Below, piece after piece: positions 24,989-35,828 of a stretch of DNA of 64,000 nt. Every line of letters starts with the position of its first letter. The first letter of the stretch is position 1. The notes under the pieces are model-generated. The model had not been told where the DNA came from and searched no databases. It was given only the letters and a program-made list of their open reading frames with translations. A program made the position numbers and the translations under genes. The stretch is from assembly GCA_051294375.1 (NCBI GenBank), contig JBJCIZ010000239.1, forward strand, positions 1,444,581-1,508,580, in the 5' to 3' direction. Source of the DNA: Paraspadella gotoi. Lineage: Eukaryota; Animalia; Chaetognatha.

Positions 24989-27900
24989 ATGAATTACTCT
25001 TCCAGGACGTCTCCTCGTTACGGAATCGGCCGACGCTCTTCCAGCGGTTTAGGCCATAGCCACAGGTCCCTCGCCGTTTCGCGAAGCTTCTCGTTGCAAC
25101 CAACCTTTGACTTTAGAGACAGACGAACCGACGATGTCTTCAACGACGAAGTTGACTTCGATGTCAATGAGTTCGCATTCAATCAGTCAAATTATGAAGA
25201 AGAGTCTCGACCAACGCGAGGTGGCACCGGAGACAACGGTGGCGCGGATTTTGGGAACTTTCTGGTGAATGAGATGAAGAGGCGGATCAGCGGTTCACAA
25301 TTGGAGGAGATCAGTGCAATCAGAAGTATGACAATGATGCACCAAGAGAACATCGTTGGATCCGTGCCACCTTACATGCGTTCTAGGTCCAGGCCTGGTA
25401 GAATTCAAGAAGGGGCTACTATGCCAGTGGCCAATTTAAACAGATCGGGTAGAGTATCTGTAACCATGGGAAAGGCCGTTGATTCTTGCCGACCCTTGGA
25501 CGAGTATGAAATGATGTATGGGCGAAAGTCTTCATCGACATCAGAGACTCGAACCTCAACATCTGACTTGTATCGAAGCTCATCATTCGGGGTTCAACCT
25601 GAAAAATTAGTTTCGGCAGGGTTTCAACTCGGATCAGCTTTGCCAACGGGTGCCCAAACTGGAAGAGATGTTGGAAATTTTCTCAAGTCATCTATGGAAA
25701 TGCCTACAACACTGCAAGAGAGTTATTTTCAAGGAAGTACAGTCACCCAACCCAGTCTTTCTCTCAAAAGTCCAACTTCACCGAAATACGGCCGAGGGAT
25801 TTTCACCGAAGACCGCAAACAAAATGAATTCCATTCCATTTTGTCAGAGAAGCCACTATCACCCAATACAAGTTCATCGACAAAAATTGATATTCTCAAC
25901 AATAACAGCGGAAATATCAATTCGCCATCTGATTCCAAACTTTCCTTCTCATCTCCATACGAAAGAACCATTTTTCATACGCCTACAAAATCTCGTCAAT
26001 CTTCGGAGCAAATTTCTGATCAAGAGGCGACGCCGTCGAGGGTGTCGACCGGCGCCTCGGGCTCATTTGCGTATTCCAACAGCGTCACCAACGACGCCCA
26101 ATCACGCTTTACCTCAACGCCAACCAAGGTTTTGACCATTGGCATTGGCGATGATCGAGGAGAAACGCCGTCATCGATGCTCCCCTCCCCTGCCAGCTCC
26201 GTCTCTTCCGTATCCATCGATCCCTACATGAGTTCCAACAAACGGGATGTCGTTTCAGCGCAGGAAACCGTTACGAAGGAGTTGAAGGAAACTCCAGCGG
26301 AGATGCTGGAGACATTGAAGGATGTTAAAGCAGATAATGAGGAGCGGAAAGAGGGCGATGTATCAAAAAACATCTTGTCAACGAATTCAACAACGGCGAC
26401 GTCAACATCGAAGATTGAGCCCGCAACAAATTCGTTTGAAGATGCGACGGGAAATTGTAAATCAACTCTGAAGCAAAAACTGTATTCGTCGCCGTCAATG
26501 GAATCAGCAGCCGCGGCCTTGCAGGAGGCGCTCACATCGGCGTCGCTGGCGTCAGAATCTTTGAGAGAATTCGTCAATGAATCGAGTTCAGAAGCGGAGA
26601 TCGAAAGTCGAAGCAAAGAAGTCAGCAGTGAAGTTAAAATCGATTTTGAAGGAGAAAAAGATGAAGAGGATAATAAAATTAAAAGTTTGAGGGAATTAGT
26701 AAGCGATTCTTTGAGTAGCAAAAAGCAAGATGGCGAACCTAAAGATGGTGAACTACTGATTGAAGAAGACAAAAAAATTAACATGGATTTTCATAAAATC
26801 GAGAACGAATCAAGTCGGTTTCGTGAAAGGAATGAATTTTTGAGCAAAGAAACAAACTTTGGAACAAGATTGGTCGGCGAGACAGATCATGAATTTGCTT
26901 TCAATTCGATTTCCGATTCAAGTCTTCAATCTGACCACAATAATATTCCCGAAACTTTCTCTGGGTTCAATCCCCCAACCAATTTTAGCCACGAGGAGGA
27001 AATCTTCAATCCAGTCATCATGTCTCCGGATCTTTCTCACCTTATTACCGACTTTTCTCACAGTAGCATCACCTCTGCCGCCGATCCTCCACCAAACAAT
27101 TCTCTCCGTGACTTTTCCCTATCGAGGTCATTTCATGATCCAGAGCCATTCCCTCGGTATCCAACGTCAACGCGTTTCCCATCAACTGCTTCGTCGACTA
27201 ATTTTGACGCCGAAGAGTCTCCCTTTGCTCGTCGCTTCAATGCCAACCTCCTAGAATCCAACGTGGACGCTGTTGGCATCGACGAAAAATTCCGGCGCGA
27301 CCTGGAGGACTCCATATCTTCCATGATGAGCAAGAAGAATCCCCGCCGAACGACTCGAGAAGAAGAGGTCAAAACCGCAGAGTCCTACCTTCACCAACGC
27401 GTCTTCAAGAGGGATGAGAACACGGATCAGATCGACAACATCCTCCAGCAGCTCAAGTCGACAAGAAAATTTCATTCGAAAAAGGAAGAGGACGAGCCGG
27501 TGCTCTTCAAGCCCGTCTCCAAAGAGGAAGAGATGATGAAAACCATCCACAAAATCGCCCACGACGTGGACAACCTGGCCCACGGCATCGCAGTGCCGGA
27601 TCAGAACCCGAAACCTCGCCATCGGGGCCCGCGTCCGCCGCCCAAGGCGCCAAAGACGATCGAAGACATTGGCGATCGTAAAGGATGGAAGAAACATCTG
27701 TTGACGGACGTGGAGCAAGAGTTGGAGCGATTCCGAGAGGAGGAAAGCTACGAGGCGCGGTACAAGAAGGTGGAGGAAGTCCAGCTGACCCAGAAGCAGC
27801 AGCGGGAGCTCGACATGGGCCTGTCTTTGGAGGAATTTTACTACACTGGCCGGATGAACCCCGAGCTGTCTCGCTCGGTACTGGAGGTGGACCACGACTT

Positions 27901-28162
27901 CCTCGCCAGCACCATGTCCGAGGAAGAGGCCAATTTTATCCTGCAGAACTTTAGCTTTGAGGAGATGGCGGGACAGCTGCAGGAAAAGCGGGACGCGGAG
28001 CGCAGAGCCGCGCAGGAGATCGAGCGCCGGGTGAGCGGGAGCGGACTCGGGGCTCCGTCGTCGACGCCGCAGCGCAGGAACGCTGCCAAGGAAGGACTGC
28101 GGAATTCCGTTCGGGCCGAAATGTCGCGGGGAATGGATATTATTTCCGGGAAAAGATTTTGA
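24989..28162 (+). CDS. Single-exon Ser-rich disordered protein (gene B, ~1,057 aa from ATG 24989; true start uncertain) with a C-terminal domain paralogous to gene A
   Basis: Uninterrupted 1123-codon ORF. A candidate acceptor TTGCAG ends at 24878. The last ~310 aa align by eye with the last ~335 aa of gene A. Confidence 0.8.
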   Translation: MNYSSRTSPRYGIGRRSSSGLGHSHRSLAVSRSFSLQPTFDFRDRRTDDVFNDEVDFDVNEFAFNQSNYEEESRPTRGGTGDNGGADFGNFLVNEMKRRISGSQLEEISAIRSMTMMHQENIVGSVPPYMRSRSRPGRIQEGATMPVANLNRSGRVSVTMGKAVDSCRPLDEYEMMYGRKSSSTSETRTSTSDLYRSSSFGVQPEKLVSAGFQLGSALPTGAQTGRDVGNFLKSSMEMPTTLQESYFQGSTVTQPSLSLKSPTSPKYGRGIFTEDRKQNEFHSILSEKPLSPNTSSSTKIDILNNNSGNINSPSDSKLSFSSPYERTIFHTPTKSRQSSEQISDQEATPSRVSTGASGSFAYSNSVTNDAQSRFTSTPTKVLTIGIGDDRGETPSSMLPSPASSVSSVSIDPYMSSNKRDVVSAQETVTKELKETPAEMLETLKDVKADNEERKEGDVSKNILSTNSTTATSTSKIEPATNSFEDATGNCKSTLKQKLYSSPSMESAAAALQEALTSASLASESLREFVNESSSEAEIESRSKEVSSEVKIDFEGEKDEEDNKIKSLRELVSDSLSSKKQDGEPKDGELLIEEDKKINMDFHKIENESSRFRERNEFLSKETNFGTRLVGETDHEFAFNSISDSSLQSDHNNIPETFSGFNPPTNFSHEEEIFNPVIMSPDLSHLITDFSHSSITSAADPPPNNSLRDFSLSRSFHDPEPFPRYPTSTRFPSTASSTNFDAEESPFARRFNANLLESNVDAVGIDEKFRRDLEDSISSMMSKKNPRRTTREEEVKTAESYLHQRVFKRDENTDQIDNILQQLKSTRKFHSKKEEDEPVLFKPVSKEEEMMKTIHKIAHDVDNLAHGIAVPDQNPKPRHRGPRPPPKAPKTIEDIGDRKGWKKHLLTDVEQELERFREEESYEARYKKVEEVQLTQKQQRELDMGLSLEEFYYTGRMNPELSRSVLEVDHDFLASTMSEEEANFILQNFSFEEMAGQLQEKRDAERRAAQEIERRVSGSGLGAPSSTPQRRNAAKEGLRNSVRAEMSRGMDIISGKRF

Positions 28163-28824
28163 CGATGGTCAGTTGTCGATGTGGTTAATATTTTTTTTTT
28201 TTTACAATGGTGCGAGGGGGATGTTAAAAACTCGGTTTTGTTTTCGTGTTATATACTCAAGTTGACAATATTTTTTTTCGTTTTTTTTTTTGTTTTAAAT
28301 TTTATACCGGTACTGTTAATTTAGTACTAATAAATAGTTTTCGTTTACAGAATTATCTTTTGTTATGAAAATGGTTGTTTTGATGTATTTACCCATCTTC
28401 ATTGATTTTGATAATTAATACTTATCTCGCTATTAAGAATGTATCATACTGTAATTCTGACATCATATGTGCCAATATAACGACTCGTTTCTTTTTATAA
28501 CTGTTTTTTGTGTGATAAAAATAAGCCAATCGCCTATTGATTAAAGTAAAAAATCGTTCAAATATTATTTTCAATCTTTCTAAACTACGACCAAAGGTAA
28601 TCAGAAAAGATTTTTTAATAGTTTTTCTTCATGCACGATTGTGCGCTGACAATTTTACAGATATTTTGTCAGTGATTTGTTTTCTTCATATCAGTGTTAA
28701 GATTACCAATGAAAAAACATCAAAAATTTAAAAAATTGACATTTTAAATAATGTGTAACATTGAGGAATTTAATTTCTAAACTCGGTCAGTCAGAAACAA
28801 AAGACGTCGATTGCAGTCTCTCTT

Positions 28825-28875
<51 letters not shown>

Positions 28876-29118
28876 TGTCGGAGTCTCAAGCTACAGGTTG
28901 AATCACACACACTGGGCTCTCGGCTGGGAAATCTCTACAAGTGCCTAAAATCCGAGATCAGATAATTTTTTTTTATCGTTTATAATCAATCAAGGAACAA
29001 ATCAAACTAATATTTAAACAACCCCTTGGCGATTCAAACTAACAATTGTTATCGAACCAAACTGCCAAAGAGACAGGATGTTTGATTTTTAAAACAAACC
29101 AAAAAAAACAAACCTAAA

Positions 29119-32100
29119 ATGGATTTACCATCGACTCGAGACGAAGATGACAGTTTGAGACGACGTCAAGGATACGGACGTACGGACGACCGGTCGATTT
29201 TGCGGTCGGGCGGACGGACGGACGTGCGGACGGATTCGGATCTGAGAATGGATTCGGTCGGCGAAGAATCGGGAACGAGGCTGAACGCATCAGGTGAGGG
29301 AATTTGTTTGTTTACGGTTTTATTGTTTTTGTTTTTATTTTATTATTAATTATCGTTTTAGACTTTTAGTTACTAATTATAGTTATCAGTTCGTGAAGAA
29401 AACTATGTAATATTCCGTAATGCTACTTAAGTTATATCAAAACCTATTTATTGATAATTAATCGATTTTATTTAATATTTAATTTATTTCATTTCATTTT
29501 TTAAAATTTATTTATTTATTTATTTAATTTATTTATTTATAGTTTAATTAATCACTTTAATTTGTTTTTTTATCATCAGTGATTTTATAATATTAATTTA
29601 AGATTTAACTACAACCTCGCGAAATAAAACTCCAATCAAGCTAAAACGCTAAACTTAACCAACCCCGGGTTAATCTCATTTCTAAACCCCAATTACCACG
29701 CACCCCCTTCTCTTTTTCTGACAGAGTCACGCCCACGCGGCCGCACGGCGTCACGAAAGTCGCGTCTCCGCGGATCATTTCGTCGAATGCGTCGTCGGGG
29801 AACGTCGACGAAGGATGGACAGAGACAACGGGACGACGAGGAGTTGGCCGACGATATTTTGAGGGTTGGTTCGGGTTTACCGAGATTTTTTTGGAAGTTC
29901 GGGTTTAGCGAGATTTTTTTGAAAGTTCGGATTTAGTGATATTTTTTTGGAAGTTCGGGTTTTTAACTATATAGTTCTAAAGATGAACGTTAGGCTCGGC
30001 TTTTTTTGAAGTTTAATATTTAATCATAATAAATTAAAAACGTTTCGCCAAGTAATAAACTGCATCGACGTTGATAAGCTCTTCTAATCAAGCTTTTTTC
30101 CACTTTTAAATCCCCCAACCCGCACCAACAACGCCTTCAGGAGATCCTCGCCGCCCAATCGTCCGTCCGCGGCGGGAAGGCGCTGCTGAAGGGCGACGCC
30201 AGTCTCGATCTTTTGAGGGAATCCGGTCTGACGATGAAAGTGAAGAAGAGAGTTTTGGCGGAAGCGAGGCGAGAGAGGACCGCGAGGAATAGGAGAAGGG
30301 AACAGGTAAGAGAGGGGGAGAGAGAGAGAAAGAGACAGAGAGAGAGAAAGAGAAAGAAAGAAAGAGTGAGAATTCTTGCTGTCGTTGTCTGCCTCATCTC
30401 TAAACCGCCTCTCCTGCAGGGCGTCGGCTGCTGCACCCTCTGCTCCGCTTCTCTCTCCATGCGGCTGCAGCATTTTCGCCAACGCGTCGCCGACGCCGTC
30501 TACAGCGTCAACTTTTGGGAGTCGTCCATCAAAGCCGTGGAGGGGCAGTTCGGGACCGGCGTGGGATCCTATTTTCGGTTCTTGAAAGTGAGGGAAGGAA
30601 AGCCTTTTGTAATTATTGATCGGTTCGATGTCTTTCTTTTTCTTTTTATCTCCTTTGTCATTATAAGTTTTCTTTTCTCTGTCATTTTCTCCTCCTTTGT
30701 CACATAACTCTTTGATAACTATGAAAATTGCCAAATTCACTATTTTAAGTTTTAAATTTTCGAATTTTTTTTCATATTTTCTTTTTATTCTTATATATTA
30801 TTTATTATTAGTTTTTATTTACTTTTTTTTGATAATGAAATTGGTACAACCAATATAAAAATTATCCATTCATTTAATAAATAAGCTATCTTGCCCCTGA
30901 CTTTGGACAGGCTTTGGTGGTTTAAGGCCTCCATCACTCTTACAAGATAATGACATAGCAGGTCCCTGCAAGCTTTCAATCAAGACTCTCTCACAGTCTC
31001 GTTTATTCACTCCCAGAGTACCTGGCTTCCCTATCAATGAAGTGGTATAATATTTCAAAGAATGTTTCAATTGTATGAAAAGACCACTCCCTTAAGTATT
31101 AGATCGGGGAATACTTATTGTACTCCGCACTAGCATCAAAATACAAGGAGCTGAATTTTATGAAATTGGTACAACCAATATAAAAATTATCCATTCATTT
31201 AATAAATAAGCTATCTTGCCCCTGACTTTGGACAGGCTTTGGTGGTTTAATATAATTTTTCTGTCAAAAAGTTTCTACTTTTCTCGTTTATCTCAGCACT
31301 CCCCGTTTTTTTTTTATAACTCCCTATCATCTCTTCTGTCAAAGCGTTTTCTCTCTTTATCACCTCCCAATCTGTCATAACTCTCGACTTTATATCACCG
31401 ATTTTCCTTATCAATAATAACCGATTTCTTTTTCTTCCCCCGTCACTCCCAACTCCCAACCTTTGTCACTTCGGATCTCAACTCAACTTCCGTCGCCCCT
31501 TTCCACACCCCCAGTGGCTCTTCCTCCTCAACATCCCGATCTTCCTCCTCTGCTTCTCCTTCGTCACTCTCCCCCAACTCCTCTACGACTTCTTTCCTTC
31601 CGTCGGCGCGGAGAGGATCGACGAGGAGTGCCGGAAGGAGTCCTTCTTCGGATGGGAGTTGTTGACGGGTCCGTTTGGTTGCTTGATTTTCGTATCGGTT
31701 AATTCATTTGATTGTTTGATTGATTGATTGATCGATCGATCGCCTGAGTACTTTGAATAAATGATTGATTTTTGTCTTAAAATAATTGATTGATGGATTG
31801 ATTTGTTGATTGATTGATTGCGGATTGATTAATTGATTGAGTGGGTGCTTTCATTTAAAGATTAATTTAAAGTTTAAATGAACGATTGACTGATAAATCA
31901 ATGATTGCATAATTAGTTGAAAAATTGATCGATCGACATAAGTGTGTAATTTACGTATATTGTTTGTAGTTTATTTCCGATTGCTTGAATAAATTTAATC
32001 ACTTGATAATAATGATATTTTGAACGTAATATCGCTTGGACTCGGATAGATGAATTTAATTTTTGAATCTATAACGATTTATATATTTACGTGTAATTAT

Positions 32101-34423
32101 TATATTACCAGGCCGCGGTAACTTCTCCTGTTCCCCCCTATACTATGGCCACTACACCAACTCGACCGTCTCCATCATTCCCGGCGCCGACTACAGCATG
32201 CCGCTCTTCTACATCCTCAGCATCGGTCTCTACTTCCTCATCAACCTCGTCGCCATTGCTCTGCGCATCTCCGCTTCTTATCGAGCGAACTTCATCGAGG
32301 GCAGCGGAGATTTAAGATTTTTCTTCGTGAATAAGGTCGGGAGCTGAGACTTAAGATTTAAGATTTTTCTTCATGACTAAGGTCGGGAGCTGAGACTTAA
32401 GATTTAAGATTTTTCTTCGTGACTAAGGTCGGGAGCTGAGAGTAAAGATTTAAAATTAGCCATTGTGTTAATCCTTTCGGCTTTGTTGAGTATAGAGATT
32501 TAACAAAGTTTGGAAATGTTTTCGTCAACGATTTTTTTATTAGTATACGTATACTAATAAAAAAATCGTTGACGAAAACATTTCCAAACTTTGTTAGATT
32601 TAAAATTTAAGATTTAGGATTTTTCTTCGTGAATAAGGTCGGAAGCTGAGATTTAAGATTTAAGATTTTTCTTCATGAATAAGGTCGGGAGCTGAGATTT
32701 AAGATTTAATATTTTTCTTCGTTAATAAGGTCGGGAGCTGAGATTTAAAATTTAAGATTTAGGATTTTTCTTTGTGACTAAGGTCGGGAGCTGAGACTTA
32801 AGATTTAAAATTTAAGATTTAGAATTTTTCTTCGTGACTAAGGTCGGGAGCTGAGATTTAAGATTAAGGTCGGGAGTTGAACCCGGGGGAGGGGTTACTA
32901 TGATAACCATCAGAGCAGGAATATTATAATCCTCATTATTTTACTCCTTTTTCGTTTATCAAATATCGGTCTATTAAATATATTATTAACTATATTCCTG
33001 TTTTTTTTCTGCTTTTTTTACAAAAACGTTATAAAAACGTAGTCTTCGTCGTAGAGAGTGCTTCTAGAGAAGAATCCTGACATTTTACCATTTTTTTTCG
33101 TAATTATTAGCCTAATTGTTCACTTCAATTGAGTTTTTTCTCGATTAATCTCTACTAGTATAATTATAGAATTGCTTTATTTAGTCTAGTCTAGTCCAAG
33201 TAACCTCAATTCAATTAGCTCGGAGAAAAAACTTCTTTTTTTTTCAAAATAATTGAAATTAATCATAATTGCTTTTTCTTTAAGAATTAATTCTGTTTCA
33301 TTTACTTTTAAAAGTTTAAATATTATCACTGCGATATGCAAATAAGATTAAGTTTCATTCTCCCATCCAACGACCAGGTTTTCGCTGGTTGGGACTTCGG
33401 CGTCTTCCACTCCGAAGCGGCGGCTTTGAAAAAGAAAAGTCTTCGACAAGAAATCGGAGAATACATTTCCTTGGTTCTGGCCAAAGCGGGAAGGAAAGGC
33501 TCGGCGAGGAGAAGAGCCAGTGAGTTGTTGTTGTTGTTGTAGTTGATGATGATGATGATGATGATCATAATCATGATGATGATTTGATGGACTGATTGGT
33601 TTGTCTTTTAGTTTAATCCCACTCATTTAAAGTTATCATTTTATCTTATAATCAGTCAGTTAGTATTTTGATTTAAGTCGACTCATTCTTTGCATTTAAG
33701 GTTAATTATCATTTTATTTATTAATCAGTCGTGGTTATCGTTGCGATTTCAATGCAGTTTTACTTACTTGACTTTTTTTTTACATTGTTTTTATAAATTT
33801 TAATAACGGTTTATTAATTAACAATGATGACATTTCTTAAACTCATAAAACCCCGACCACCTCTATCCACCCGTCAAGGTTCGAAGCTCCAACTGGCCGT
33901 GACCAATCTGGTGGTGGTGGCGATGCTCGTCGGTTGCGGATTCCTCGTTCACCACATCCTCCACGCGAATGACGAGGGGTTGCAGGGCGTCAGGTCGGTC
34001 GCAGTGCATCCAATCAATCAATCATTAATACAATCAATAATACGAATAGATAATTCCGCAAATAAAAGTTTTTTAAAACTTATGTTTGAGACAGTAATTA
34101 TTGACAAGTGTTAATGACAGAACCGTTCAATATAAGCAGTCCCTGAGCTTCGGATCAGGCTGTAACACCATGTTACAGGCGGGTTAAGCGCCCAATCCCT
34201 CTTAACTGCCAGACGACCACCGGGCTAGAACCCCGGACCTTTGGGTTGGGAGGCGAATGACTTGCCTCCGGCACCAATGGCCGCTGATGAACGGTTGGTG
34301 GATTTTAGTCCACCATATGTTTATATTATAATTATAAAATGTCACAAACAATGTTGGAAATTATTCGATTCTTCAGTTAACAAATCACTTGTGTCCAATG
34401 TCCAACATTTCGGTCGTTCAATG

Positions 34424-34463
<40 letters not shown>

Positions 34464-35782
34464 AATAAATGGAGTCAGTCAATCAAGTCATTGAATTAAA
34501 TCGATCCGACAGTTGGCCCAATTTCTCTATCGATCAATCAATTAGGAAAATCAGCAAACTATTTAAATTCAATTAAACACTTTTTAAGAGACCAATGAAC
34601 ACCATTGAATCCATCAAAACGTCAATCACGAAAATTAGTCTTTTTTCCGTATCACTTCTTATTTCTCCCCCCTGATCCGACAACCCCCTCCAGGTCGCAG
34701 TGGATCGTCGGCGAGCTCTTGACCTCCATGATCGTAACGGCGATCGTTGTCTTCGTCCCTAAAATCTTCAGCCTTTTGACTTTGATCGAGAAATATCGAT
34801 TTCCTCAGACGAGTCTGTACATGACGCTGGTCAGGTGAGCTCGATTAAGGGGAGAGTGAGGGATGGTATGGCTGAATTTGATCTGAATGAAGTTTGTACA
34901 AATAATATAAAATAAATTTTTAATTCAATAAATAATTTTGAGAATGGATACTTTTTAAAAAAGTGATATTTGTTATGTGTTAGTGATAGAACCGTTCAAT
35001 GTAAGCAGTCCCTGAGCTTCGGATCAGGCTGTAACACTATGTTACAGGCAGGTTAAGCGCCCCGTCCCTCTTAACTGCCAGACGACCACCGGGCTAGAAC
35101 CCCGGACCTTTGGGTTGGGAGGCGAATGACTTGCCTCCGGCACCAATGGCCGCTGATGAACGGTTGGTGGATTTTAGTCCACCATACGATTTAAAAATTT
35201 TTAAACGATAAATGAAGGACTATAAAATTGGTACAACCAATATAAAATTTTTCTACTCATTTGATAAATAAGCTATCTTGCCCCGATTTTTGTGAAGCTT
35301 TAATGAGTTAAGGCTTTTATCCCTCTAATAAAATAATAATAATAATATACAAGACCATGCAAGTTATCAAGCACAACTCTTACACTGTCTGGTTAATTCA
35401 ATCTCAGAGTAACTGGTATAATATTTTATATGTATAAAAGGACTCATCACTCATAATTTTTTTTTTAATAAAAATTTTTAACTTAAATTATTATTATTTC
35501 TATTATATATCTCTTTTCTTTTGTTTATTCCCATGGTCCCCTTAAACAGATCCGTCTCTCTCTACGGCGTCGTGGTCGGCCTTCTCCTCCACTACTGGGC
35601 CACCTCCATCAACTGCGAGGGTCGACCCTGCAGGCGAGACCCCCGACGAGGGTGTTGGGAGAACGAGATGGGTCAAGAGATATACAAGTTGGTCGTCATG
35701 GATTTCGTGGTCGCCTTGCTCGATTGTTTTTTCACGGATTTTTTGAGGAGTTTGATCGTGAGGCACATCGTTGGGAGAATGA

Positions 35783-35828
<46 letters not shown>

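Noticed and set aside
34284-34320. CTGATGA followed by a hairpin as a hammerhead ribozyme
   Set aside because: No GAAA core or stem I/III after the hairpin in either copy.
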